DNA of 56,951 bases from contig CAMEIU010000001.1 in the NCBI GenBank assembly GCA_945918815.1, positions 1 to 56,951 of the forward strand, in the 5' to 3' direction. The stretch's first letter is position 1. Each line of letters opens with the position of its first letter. The DNA is from an uncultured Clostridia bacterium. GTDB lineage: Bacteria > Bacillota > Clostridia > Oscillospirales > Oscillospiraceae. Made by a program: the position numbers and the translations under genes. Positions 24,768 through 33,220 of this stretch are shown in pieces. The notes beneath the pieces are model-generated. The model had not been told where the DNA came from and did no database searches. It saw only the letters and a program-made list of their open reading frames with translations.

Positions 24768-27056
24768 TTAAATCAATCCGGCCTCTTTGAACTTGGCAAA
24801 GAGAACGTGGGGGGTCATGGGACACTGGTCGATGGCCACGCCGGTGGCGTTGAAGATGGCGTTGCGGATGGCCGGCGCGCCGGAGCAGGCCGGCGGCTCG
24901 CCCAGGGCCTTGGTGCCGTAGGGACTGGTGGGCTCCGCGTTCTCCACAAACTGGGCCTCCAGATGGGGATGGTCCATAAAGGTGGAGAGCTTGTAGTCCA
25001 AGAGATTGTTGTTGAGAGAACGCCCGGTCTTCTGGTCAAACAGCAGCTGCTCCGACAGGCCGTAGCCGATGGCCATGGACATGCCGCCGTGGACCTGGGC
25101 CTCGGCCAGGGCCGGGTTGATCAGGGTGCCGCAGTCGTGGACGTTGATGATGTTCAGAAGCTTCACCTTGCACAGGGGAATATCCACTTCCACCTCCGCG
25201 AAGGTGCAGCCGAAGGAGTAGGCGTTGTTCTGAATCTGGTAGGTGCTCTCGGCAGTCAGATGCTGGGAGTGGGTCAGGCTGTAGAGGGCCTCCGTGGCCA
25301 GCTCGCCCAGGGTCATGAGAACCCGGCCGTCGGATTTGCGGATGATCTTGCCGTCCACCAGATCCAGGTTGGTGTAGGTCTGGCGGGTCAGCTCCACGGC
25401 GTATTTCAGAATGCGCTCCTTGAGGAGCGTGCCGGTCTGCTTGATGGAGAAGCCGCCGATGTAGGTCTGGCGGGAGGCGTAGGCGCCGGTGCCGAAGGGG
25501 GTCACGTCCGTGTCCTGGGTGGAGACGATGTGGACGTCCTCCACGGGAATGCCCACGGCGTCGGCGGCCATCTGGCTGTAGGCCGTGTCGCAGCCCTGGC
25601 CGATCTCCGTCTCGCCGGTCTGGACCTGAATGGAGCCGTCCTGATTCAGCACCATGCGGCAGGAGCTGGACTCCAGAGAGATGGGCCATACGGCGGTGTT
25701 GTACCAGAACACGGCGCAGCCGATGCCCTTGCGGACGGGGCCGGCCTGGTTCTGATATTCCTTGTATTTCCGCTGGTAGTCGATGTAGGCCATGCCCTTG
25801 TCCAGGACCTGGTTGAAGGTGTCGAAGTAGTTCTCGTTTTTGGAGAAGGCGTCCTTGAAGCCCACGGGCATGACGACCTTCCGCCGGTAAGCCAGGGGCT
25901 CCAGGCCCAGGGCCTTGGCCACGTCGTCAATGTGGGATTCGCCGGCGAACATGGCCTGGGGAATGCCGTAGCCCCGCATGGCCCCGTCCACGGGCCGTTT
26001 GGTGTAGACCGTGTAGGCGTCGCCCTCCACGTTGGGACAGGGGTACAGCTGGGGGAACGCGCCCATGCCCTTGGCGCAGACGCCGTGGCCGTGGGAGGCG
26101 TAGCCGCCCTGGTTGGCGAAGCACTCGACCTTCCGGGCAGCGAAGGTGCCGTCGGGCCGGACCCAGGAGATGATGTGGGTGCGGATGGCGTGACGGACCC
26201 GGTTGGAGACGAAGGTCTCTTCCCGGCTGCAGTCCAGCTTCACCAGACGGCCGCCCACCTGGGTGGTCAGATAGGCGCACAGGGGCTCATACAATGCGTC
26301 CTGCTTGTTGCCGAAGCCGCCGCCGATGTAGGGCTTCACAACCCGGACCTTGCCCCAGGGAATGCCCAGCGCCTGGCCGACGCAGCGGCGGATGATGTGG
26401 GGAATCTGGGTGGAGGAGGTGATGATGATTCGCCCGGCCTCCATATGGGCGCAGCAGATGTGGTTTTCAATGTGGCAGTGCTGCACCGTGGGGGTGTCGT
26501 ACCAGCCCTCCACCTTGAGGAGGCCCGGCTCCTGAATGGCGGCTTCATAGTTGCCGTTGCGGATCTGGGTGTGGGCCAGAATGTTGTTGGGGTAGCCCTC
26601 ATGGAGCTGGGTGGCCCCCTCCTTCATGGCGTCGAACACGTCCAGAAGCACCGGATATTCCTCATACTCCACCCGGATGGCCCGGACCGCCTGGGCGGCG
26701 GCCACTTCGTTTTCCGCGATGACGGCGGCCACGTCGTCGCCGTAATACCGGACCCGCCGGTTCAGCAGCAGCCGGTCGGCCACGTCCTGATGGTGGGGAT
26801 CCGTACTCCAGGGATGGCCCGCCGTGGGGAACGGCCGGTCCGGCACGTCAAAGCAGGTGACGATTTTGACCACGCCGGGAATCTGTTCGGCGGCGGAGGT
26901 GTCAATGGCTGTGACCAGGCCGTTGGCCACAGTGGAGTGGACCACCTTGGCGATCAGGGCGCTGCGGTCGCACAGGTCATCTGTGTATTTCGCCCGCCCG
27001 GTGGCCTTGTCGTAGGCGTCCACGCGGGTGATACTTTTTCCTACGCTGGCGCTCAT
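24768..27056 (-). CDS. Molybdopterin-binding large subunit, xanthine dehydrogenase/aldehyde oxidase family (substrate unknown)
   Basis: 762 aa. N-terminus VGKSITRVDAYDKATGRAKYTDD; GGGFGNK; C-terminal TKALGEPP. AAAGGAGGG SD. Confidence 0.88.
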   Translation of the reverse strand: MSASVGKSITRVDAYDKATGRAKYTDDLCDRSALIAKVVHSTVANGLVTAIDTSAAEQIPGVVKIVTCFDVPDRPFPTAGHPWSTDPHHQDVADRLLLNRRVRYYGDDVAAVIAENEVAAAQAVRAIRVEYEEYPVLLDVFDAMKEGATQLHEGYPNNILAHTQIRNGNYEAAIQEPGLLKVEGWYDTPTVQHCHIENHICCAHMEAGRIIITSSTQIPHIIRRCVGQALGIPWGKVRVVKPYIGGGFGNKQDALYEPLCAYLTTQVGGRLVKLDCSREETFVSNRVRHAIRTHIISWVRPDGTFAARKVECFANQGGYASHGHGVCAKGMGAFPQLYPCPNVEGDAYTVYTKRPVDGAMRGYGIPQAMFAGESHIDDVAKALGLEPLAYRRKVVMPVGFKDAFSKNENYFDTFNQVLDKGMAYIDYQRKYKEYQNQAGPVRKGIGCAVFWYNTAVWPISLESSSCRMVLNQDGSIQVQTGETEIGQGCDTAYSQMAADAVGIPVEDVHIVSTQDTDVTPFGTGAYASRQTYIGGFSIKQTGTLLKERILKYAVELTRQTYTNLDLVDGKIIRKSDGRVLMTLGELATEALYSLTHSQHLTAESTYQIQNNAYSFGCTFAEVEVDIPLCKVKLLNIINVHDCGTLINPALAEAQVHGGMSMAIGYGLSEQLLFDQKTGRSLNNNLLDYKLSTFMDHPHLEAQFVENAEPTSPYGTKALGEPPACSGAPAIRNAIFNATGVAIDQCPMTPHVLFAKFKEAGLI

Positions 27057-27162
27057 AAAATACCCTCCTTTGCTGGGTGAGATTGTGAAACTTGACGAAA
27101 AAGCGTTCGATTGTTATGGTTTATCATAGCACATTTTTTTGAGTTCGCCTAGAAAAAATCGT

Positions 27163-27180
27163 TATATTTTTAAAAATATA
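27163..27180. promoter_or_regulatory. 18-bp perfect AT palindrome in the divergent xdh/mocA control region
   Basis: tatatttttaaaaatata. Confidence 0.3.
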
Positions 27181-27206
27181 TTGATTCTGGGGAAAAGAAA
27201 TGCGCG

Positions 27207-27236
27207 TTGACAGGGACAGCGCGGCGGGACTATAAT
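27207..27236 (+). promoter_or_regulatory. Sigma-70-type promoter for mocA
   Basis: TTGACA (27207-27212), 18 nt spacer, TATAAT (27231-27236). Confidence 0.6.
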
Positions 27237-27272
27237 CATTTTGAACAAATCCCATGCGGCGGAGGCGATGGA

Positions 27273-27848
27273 ATGGACTTAGGATGCGTGATCATGGCAG
27301 CGGGCAGCGGCCTGCGGTTCGGCGGCAATAAGCTGGCCCGGGAGCTGGACGGAAAGCCGCTGTATCAGAGAGCTCTGGAGGCGGTGCCGGACCATGTGTT
27401 CCGAACCGTGGTTGCCGTGACCCAGTATGACGCCGTGGCGGCCTTGGCGGCGGAAAAGGGGTTCCAATGGGTGCGGAACCGGCATCCCGACTGGGGCGTC
27501 AGCCATACGATTCAGCTGGGTCTGGCAGCGGTGGGAGACTGCGGCGGCGTGCTGTTCATGACGGCGGATCAGCCGTTCCTCACGTCGGAGACCGTGGCCC
27601 GCCTGGCCGCGGCTTTCCTGGAGACGCCGGACCAAATCGTGGCCGCCGCCAGCCGGGGCAAACGGGGCAACCCCTGCCTGTTTCCGGCGAACCTGTTTCC
27701 GGAGCTTCTGAAGTTGGAAGGCGACGTAGGCGGCAGTCGCGTCATCCGCGCCCACCCGGACCGCCTGCGCCTAATGGAAGTCCCGGCGATTCAATTGGCC
27801 GACGCCGACACGCCGGAGGCGTTGGAACAGCTCCGGCAGAACATATAA
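27273..27848 (+). CDS. mocA: Molybdenum cofactor cytidylyltransferase-like nucleotidyltransferase
   Basis: VIMAAGSGLRFGGNKL N-terminal NTP-transferase motif. ATG 27273 has GGAGG 8 nt upstream. Divergent from the Mo-hydroxylase operon. Confidence 0.8.
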   Translation: MDLGCVIMAAGSGLRFGGNKLARELDGKPLYQRALEAVPDHVFRTVVAVTQYDAVAALAAEKGFQWVRNRHPDWGVSHTIQLGLAAVGDCGGVLFMTADQPFLTSETVARLAAAFLETPDQIVAAASRGKRGNPCLFPANLFPELLKLEGDVGGSRVIRAHPDRLRLMEVPAIQLADADTPEALEQLRQNI

Positions 27849-27871
27849 CATATGCGCCGGTGATAACGTAT

Positions 27872-27987
27872 GTCATTGCGAGACCAGTCCGCAGACTGGT
27901 CGTGGCAATCCGCACCCCTTGTAGGCAGTACGAAAATCAGAACAAAGAGAAAACGGATTGCCACGTCGCTTCGCTCCTCGCAATGAC
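27872..27987. repeat. Two family-E units in inverted orientation
   Basis: gtcattgcgag[accagtccgcagactggt]cgtggcaatccg (27872-27911) and cggattgccacg[tcgcttcgctcc]tcgcaatgac (27954-27987). Confidence 0.8.
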
Positions 27988-28073
27988 ATGCGTTTCTATG
28001 GGCAATTCCTTTTAGAAGCGCCGCTTTCCTCATAAAATCAGGTGAATTCTGCGTCAATTCTTGAAAAAACCAT

Positions 28074-28102
28074 TTGACAAGCCCATATCTCCCTGCTATA
28101 AT
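28074..28102 (+). promoter_or_regulatory. Consensus sigma-70 promoter for rplU-prp-rpmA
   Basis: TTGACA, 17 nt spacer, TATAAT. The roughly 85-nt leader before rplU could be an L21-type leader (not verified). Confidence 0.7.
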
Positions 28103-28189
28103 AGAAAAGCCGCATTGAAGAGGCTGTAAGTTGAGGTCTGCCCTCACGCCTCCAGAGCGAGTCTACAACAAAGGTAGGTGCAAATTGAA

Positions 28190-28501
28190 ATGCAGGCAGT
28201 TATCGTGACCGGCGGCAAGCAGTACAGCGTCAAGGAGGGCGACGTCCTCTATGTTGAAAAGCTGAATGCGGAAGCCGAATCCACCGTGACCTTCGATCAG
28301 GTGCTGGCAGTCCTGGACGGCGAGAACTCTAAGTTCGGCGCGCCCGTGGTCGCTGGCGCTTCCGTGGAAGGCAAGGTCCTGAAGAATGGCAAGGGCAAGA
28401 AGGTTATCGTCTTCAAGTACCGCTCCAAGAAGGACTCCAAGTCCAAGCAGGGCCATCGTCAGCCTTACACCAAGGTGCAGATCGAGAAAATCTCCGTGTA
28501 A
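28190..28501 (+). CDS. rplU: 50S ribosomal protein L21
   Basis: [25 protein letters not shown]...[10 protein letters not shown]. Confidence 0.95.
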   Translation: MQAVIVTGGKQYSVKEGDVLYVEKLNAEAESTVTFDQVLAVLDGENSKFGAPVVAGASVEGKVLKNGKGKKVIVFKYRSKKDSKSKQGHRQPYTKVQIEKISV

Positions 28502-28827
28502 TGACGACCGTAGAATTTTTCGATCAGGACGGCAGAATCAACGGATTCACCGTCTCGGGCCATAGCGGCTACGCGGAAGCGGGCGCGGATATCATCTGTG
28601 CCGCCGTCTCCACCGCCGTGCAGTTTGCCGAATGCACCATTGTGGATGTATTGGGCAACCGCGTGAAAACCAAGGTGAACGAAGAAGAGGCCCGAATCAC
28701 CTTGACCCTTCCCGCCGTCTGTGAGGACGAGGACACCGTCCAGGCCGTCCTGACAGGCATGATGCTCACATTGTGTGAGCTGCGGGACCAATACCCTGAT
28801 TATATCGAAGTTATGGAGGTGCAATAA
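28501..28827 (+). CDS. prp: Ribosomal-processing cysteine protease Prp
   Basis: 108 aa between rplU and rpm[19 protein letters not shown] carries the conserved His and Cys. Confidence 0.88.
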   Translation: MTTVEFFDQDGRINGFTVSGHSGYAEAGADIICAAVSTAVQFAECTIVDVLGNRVKTKVNEEEARITLTLPAVCEDEDTVQAVLTGMMLTLCELRDQYPDYIEVMEVQ

Positions 28828-28828
28828 C

Positions 28829-29110
28829 ATGCTGAAGATCAGCTTTCAGTTCTTCGCCCACAAGAAAGGCGGCGGCTCCACCAAGAACGGCCGTGATTCC
28901 GAGTCCAAGCGGCTGGGCGTGAAGCGTGCGGACGGTCAGTTCGTGCTGGCCGGCAACATTCTGGTGCGCCAGAGAGGCACGCATATCCATCCCGGTACCA
29001 ACGTTGGCATCGGCAGCGACGACACCCTCTTCGCTCTGGTTGACGGCAAGGTCAAGTTCGAGCGCATGGGCAAGGATCGCAAAAAGTGCTCTGTGTACGC
29101 GGAACAGTAA
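28829..29110 (+). CDS. rpmA: 50S ribosomal protein L27 with an N-terminal propeptide
   Basis: [10 protein letters not shown]|[22 protein letters not shown]; the extension before HKKG is the Prp substrate type. Confidence 0.95.
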   Translation: MLKISFQFFAHKKGGGSTKNGRDSESKRLGVKRADGQFVLAGNILVRQRGTHIHPGTNVGIGSDDTLFALVDGKVKFERMGKDRKKCSVYAEQ

Positions 29111-29122
29111 TCCTACAAAGAA

Positions 29123-29172
29123 GCGGCTGTCTCAGAAAGGGTCAATTGCCTTTTGGGACAGCCCTTTTTATT
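29123..29172 (+). terminator. Rho-independent terminator after rpmA
   Basis: gcggctgtctcagaaagg...ccttttgggacagcc imperfect stem followed by cttttta tt. Confidence 0.6.
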
Positions 29173-29174
29173 AG

Positions 29175-29253
29175 ACGCACCCTCGTGCCCCCCTCTGTAG
29201 GGGCTGCTACAGTGTGGACCAGGGAAGCGGGCGGCTAATAGCCGCCCCTACGA
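29175..29253. repeat. Family-D hairpins (two modules)
   Basis: gcaccctcgtgcccccctctgtaggggc... and gcgggcggctaatagccgcccctac. Confidence 0.75.
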
Positions 29254-29322
29254 GAGTTGTTGAAAGTTTCCCAACGTTTCGGGCAAGCTATTCGTAAGAC
29301 CCCTTTTATTAGGAGGGACACT

Positions 29323-30597
29323 ATGTTTGTAGATAAAGTCAAAATCTCCGTCAGGGCCGGAAACGGCGGCAATGGGGCCGTGGCGTTTCACCGGGAGAAA
29401 TATGTGGCCCAGGGCGGCCCCGACGGCGGCGACGGCGGCACCGGCGGCAGCATCGTGTTACGGGTGGACGACAACATGTCCACCCTGATGGACTTCCGCT
29501 ATAAGCGCAAATATACCGCTCCCAACGGCCTGGACGGCCAGGGCGCGAGATGCCGCGGCAAAAACGGCGAGGACCTGATCATCCGGGTGCCCCGGGGCAC
29601 CGTGGTCCGGGACGCCGAGACCAACGAGATCATCAAGGATATGTCCGATTCCCAGGACTTCATCCTGTGCAAGGGCGGCCGCGGCGGCTGGGGCAACAAG
29701 CACTTCGCCACCCCCACCCGGCAGGTGCCCCGCTTTGCCAAGGCGGGGCTCCCCGGCGAGGCCCATGAGGTGGTCCTGGAGCTGAAGCTCCTGGCCGACG
29801 TGGGCCTGGTGGGCTTCCCCAACGTGGGAAAATCCACCCTGTTGTCCGTCACCTCCAATGCCCGGCCCAAGATCGCCAACTACCACTTCACCACTCTGTA
29901 TCCCAACCTGGGCGTCATCTATGTGGAGGAGGGCGTCAGCTTTATCATGGCCGACATCCCCGGCATCATCGAGGGCGCGGCCGAGGGCCTTGGCCTGGGC
30001 CACGATTTCCTGCGGCACATCGACCGCTGCCGCCTGCTGGTCCACATCGTGGACGTGTCCGGCAGCGAGGATCGGGACCCGGTGGAGGATTTTGAAAAGA
30101 TAAACCAGGAATTGGCCCAGTATTCTCCCGATCTGGCCGCCCGGCCCATGCTCGTGGCCGCCAATAAGGTGGACCTGCTTCCCGAGGGCAGCGACAACCT
30201 GGAACGTCTGAGGCAGTATGTGACGGAGCGGGGCTACGAGTTCTACGAGATCTCCGCCGCCACCCACCAGGGCACCCGGCAGCTGATGCAGACCGTGGCC
30301 GCCCGCCTCCGGGAGCTGCCGCCGGTGACGGTCTATGAGCCGGAGTACGTCAAGCCTCTGGCCCAGGCCGGTGAAGTGGAGGAACTGCAGATCCAGCGGT
30401 ACGACGACCTGTGGGTCATCTCCGGCGGCTGGATGGAACGGCTCCTGGCCGACGTCAACTTCGACGACTACGAGTCGAGAATGTACTTCGACCGCCAGCT
30501 CCGCCAATGCGGCCTCTTCGACCGCCTGGAAGCCATGGGTATCCAGGACGGCGACACGGTCAGCATTTATGACCTGGAATTTGAGTACGCGAAGTAA
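29323..30597 (+). CDS. obg: GTPase Obg/CgtA
   Basis: MFVDKVKISVRAGNGGNGAVAFHREKY, the glycine-rich Obg fold, GFPNVGKST G1 motif, C-terminal OCT domain. ATG 29323 follows AGGAGGG. Confidence 0.95.
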   Translation: MFVDKVKISVRAGNGGNGAVAFHREKYVAQGGPDGGDGGTGGSIVLRVDDNMSTLMDFRYKRKYTAPNGLDGQGARCRGKNGEDLIIRVPRGTVVRDAETNEIIKDMSDSQDFILCKGGRGGWGNKHFATPTRQVPRFAKAGLPGEAHEVVLELKLLADVGLVGFPNVGKSTLLSVTSNARPKIANYHFTTLYPNLGVIYVEEGVSFIMADIPGIIEGAAEGLGLGHDFLRHIDRCRLLVHIVDVSGSEDRDPVEDFEKINQELAQYSPDLAARPMLVAANKVDLLPEGSDNLERLRQYVTERGYEFYEISAATHQGTRQLMQTVAARLRELPPVTVYEPEYVKPLAQAGEVEELQIQRYDDLWVISGGWMERLLADVNFDDYESRMYFDRQLRQCGLFDRLEAMGIQDGDTVSIYDLEFEYAK

Positions 30598-30786
30598 ATT
30601 GCCAATTTCCAAGTGAGCCGTAGGGGCGACCCTTGCGGTCGCCCGCACGGTTGTACCACCTATGTAGAGCACGGCCACTGGACGTGCCGCTGGCAGGCAG
30701 CTGCATCCTGGAACCAACTGCCAAACGGCGCGTCGGGTCGCTGCGCCCTACATAGACGGTATATCGCACCGGCAACTTCCAATTTT
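30597..30786. repeat. Family-A element with divergent termini and an inserted gtaggggcgacccttgcggtcgccc hairpin
   Basis: aaattgccaatttcc...gtagagcacggccactggacgtgcc...caactgccaaacggcgcgtcgggtcgctgcgccctaca...ggcaacttccaattt. Confidence 0.85.
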
Positions 30787-30795
30787 TATTTCCGA

Positions 30796-30824
30796 TTGAC
30801 GCAGGGGAAAAAATATTATATAGT
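30796..30824 (+). promoter_or_regulatory. Promoter of the cob/hem cluster
   Basis: TTGACG, 17 nt spacer, TATAGT, just upstream of the riboswitch. Confidence 0.55.
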
Positions 30825-30834
30825 ATAGCCGTGT

Positions 30835-31012
30835 CAATTGGATATGTTGTTCCGGTGGGAGTGCCCGTAAGGGAGAATAGAGAATTCGGTGCAAGTCCGA
30901 AGCGAACCCCGTCACTGTAACAGGGAGCAAGGCGCCAATGCCATTGGGAGCGATCCCGAGAAGGCGCGCCGTGCCGTGACCTGAAGCCAGGAGACCTGCT
31001 TCCATCGTTTGG
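30835..31012 (+). promoter_or_regulatory. Cobalamin (B12) riboswitch
   Basis: ggtgggagtgcccgtaagggagaa...ggtgcaagtccgaagc...ccgtcactgt...B12 box gaagccaggagacctgc. Confidence 0.9.
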
Positions 31013-31046
31013 AGCCAAGGCTGCGGTGTTCAGTTTGTGGATGGTT

Positions 31047-31078
31047 GGGCAGCCTTTTGGGCTGCTCATTTTTATTTT
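31047..31078 (+). terminator. Riboswitch expression-platform terminator
   Basis: gggcagcc-ttttg-ggctgctc stem followed by atttttatttt, 20 nt before the cbiD start. Confidence 0.75.
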
Positions 31079-31097
31079 GCCGGGAAAGGAGCGCGTC

Positions 31098-32246
31098 ATG
31101 CTGGAGCATTATCTGTCTGTGGGACAAAAGCAGATGCGCTGCGGTTATACCACCGGCACCTGTGCTGCGGGGGCGGCCCGGGCGGCGGCGGAGGCCCTGC
31201 TGACCGGCAGCTTTCCCGCCCAGGTGGTCGTCGAGACCCCGGCGGGAATTGCTGTGACCTTGGAACCGGAGGCCTTGGACCGGGGAACGGATTGGGCTTC
31301 CTGCGGCGTCCGAAAAGACGCGGGGGACGACTGCGACGTCACCGACGGGGCCCTGATCGTGGCCACGGTGACGCGGACAAGCGGAGGGATTCTCATCGAC
31401 GGCGGCCGGGGCGTGGGCCGGGTGACCAGGCCGGGCCTCAATCAGCCGGTGGGCGCCGCCGCCATCAATTCCGGTCCCCGGAAGATGATCGAAGAACAGC
31501 TCCGGCAGGCCCTACAGGGATATGACGGCGGCCTGCAGGCCGTGATTTCCGTGCCGGAGGGAGAGAAGCTGGCTGCCAAGACCTTCAACCCAAGGCTTGG
31601 CATCGAGGGCGGCATCTCGATTTTAGGCTCCACCGGCATTGTCCGGCCCATGAGTCGCCAGGCTCTGGTGGATACCACAAGGGCGGAGATGAAAGTCCAC
31701 CGGGCAGAGGGGGTCGCGGACCTGCTCATGGCCCCCGGCAACTATGGCGCGGCCTTTGCCCGGGAGACTCTGGGCCTGGACATGGATCGGGCGGTCCAAT
31801 GCTCCAATTATATCGGCGACGCCCTGGACTCCGCCGTGAACCTGGGATTTACTTCCGTGCTGCTCATCGGCCATATGGGGAAGCTCTGCAAGCTGGCCGC
31901 CGGAATCACCGACACCCATTCCCACACCGCCGACGGCAGGCGGGAGGTGTTTGTGACGCACGCGGCCCTCTGCGGCGGAGACCGGGAGTTGCTCCAAAAT
32001 CTCTACAAATCCGCCACCACCGACGCGGCCATGGACTTGCTGGCCCAGGCGGGCCTGGTGCAGCCGGTCATGGCTTCCATGGCCAAGGCCGTCGGCGAGA
32101 CGCTGAAGCACCGGGCCGGGTCCATGAACGCCCAGGCGATTTTTTTCTCCCAGTCGTCCAACATCGTGGCCATGACGGACGGGGCAAAGGCGTTGCTGGA
32201 AAAACACAGAAACAATGGACAATTGACAATGGACAATGGACAATGA
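31098..32246 (+). CDS. cbiD: Cobalt-precorrin-5B (C1)-methyltransferase
   Basis: MRCGYTTGTCAAGAARAA...GGISILGSTGIV. AAAGGAG SD. The last codons and the stop lie inside a family-C repeat. Confidence 0.9.
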   Translation: MLEHYLSVGQKQMRCGYTTGTCAAGAARAAAEALLTGSFPAQVVVETPAGIAVTLEPEALDRGTDWASCGVRKDAGDDCDVTDGALIVATVTRTSGGILIDGGRGVGRVTRPGLNQPVGAAAINSGPRKMIEEQLRQALQGYDGGLQAVISVPEGEKLAAKTFNPRLGIEGGISILGSTGIVRPMSRQALVDTTRAEMKVHRAEGVADLLMAPGNYGAAFARETLGLDMDRAVQCSNYIGDALDSAVNLGFTSVLLIGHMGKLCKLAAGITDTHSHTADGRREVFVTHAALCGGDRELLQNLYKSATTDAAMDLLAQAGLVQPVMASMAKAVGETLKHRAGSMNAQAIFFSQSSNIVAMTDGAKALLEKHRNNGQLTMDNGQ

Positions 32247-32278
32247 AGGTATTTTCCTTCGGAAAATGATTGAAATTT
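32213..32278. repeat. Family-C module
   Basis: caatggacaattgacaatggacaatggacaatgaaggtattttccttcggaaaatgattgaaatttt. Confidence 0.85.
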
Positions 32279-32283
32279 TGCTG

Positions 32284-32435
32284 GCACCCTCGTGCCCCCT
32301 TTTGAGGGGGCTGGCGAGCTTGCGAGCCTGGGGGTTGTTACAAATCTGCAATTGTATCGTATGATCGGTAAAATTGCGTGTCGATACAACCCCCAGTCAG
32401 CTTCGCTGACAGTCCCCTAGGAGGGGGCACGAGGG
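32284..32435. repeat. Family-B long palindromic element
   Basis: gcaccctcgtgccccc...tgggggttgttacaaatctgcaattgta...ggtaaaattgc...acaaccccca...gggggcacgaggg. Confidence 0.88.
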
Positions 32436-32464
32436 ATGTGTGTTCTTTTGAAGGAGGGCTATTT

Positions 32465-33220
32465 ATGATTCACTTCGTCGGCGCCGGGTCCGGCGCGCCG
32501 GATCTCATCACGTTACGGGGCGCGAGGCTCCTGTCCGAGGCCGATGTGGTCGTCTATGCCGGTTCCCTGGTGAATCCGGCTCTGCTGGACCAATGCCGGG
32601 CGGACTGCGAGATTTACGATTCCGCCTCCATGACTTTGGAGCAGGTCCTGGCCGTCATGGACCGGGCCGAATCGGAAGGCAAGACCACCGTGCGGCTCCA
32701 CACCGGCGACCCCTCCATCTATGGCGCCATCCGGGAGCAGATGGACGCCTTGGAGGCCCGGGGCTATGCCTATGACGTGACCCCCGGGGTGTCCTCCTTC
32801 TGCGGCGCGGCGGCGGCCTTGCGGGCGGAGTATACGCTTCCCAACGTCAGCCAGACCGTCATCATCACCCGGGCCGAGGGCCGGACCCCGGTGCCGGAGC
32901 GGGAAAAATTGCAGGCCCTGGCGGCTCATCACAGCACCATGGTCCTGTTCCTGTCCTCCAGCCTGCTGGAACAGGCCCAGGCGGACCTGCTGGCCGGCGG
33001 CTATGAGCCGGACACCCCGGCGGCCATTGTCTATAAGGCCACCTGGCCCGATGAAAGGATCTTCCGCTGCACCGTCTCCACCCTGGCCCAGACGGCCAGG
33101 GAGAACCACATCACCAAGACGGCCCTGATCACCGTGGGCGGCTTCCTGGGCAATCAGTACGACCGCTCTCTGCTCTATGACCCGGGCTTCTCCCACGGCT
33201 GCCGGGAGGCCTCCCGGTGA
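32465..33220 (+). CDS. cbiF: Cobalt-precorrin-4 C11-methyltransferase
   Basis: MIHFVGAGSGAPDLITLRG...RLHTGDPSIYGA...TPGVSS. Confidence 0.9.
   Translation: MIHFVGAGSGAPDLITLRGARLLSEADVVVYAGSLVNPALLDQCRADCEIYDSASMTLEQVLAVMDRAESEGKTTVRLHTGDPSIYGAIREQMDALEARGYAYDVTPGVSSFCGAAAALRAEYTLPNVSQTVIITRAEGRTPVPEREKLQALAAHHSTMVLFLSSSLLEQAQADLLAGGYEPDTPAAIVYKATWPDERIFRCTVSTLAQTARENHITKTALITVGGFLGNQYDRSLLYDPGFSHGCREASR

Noticed and set aside
27467-28015. 182-aa ORF ending ...CHVASLLAMTCVSMGNSF, and other ORFs crossing repeats (for example 15758-16525, 16018-16902, 30560-31099, 22722-23213)
   Set aside because: These are translations of repeat DNA or out-of-frame gene sequence. They have no SD and no family resemblance.
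32213-32278. TTGACA-rich family-C repeats acting as arrays of internal promoters
   Set aside because: They contain perfect -35 hexamers, but no acceptable -10 follows at 16-19 nt in any copy I checked (4245, 32213, 35754).
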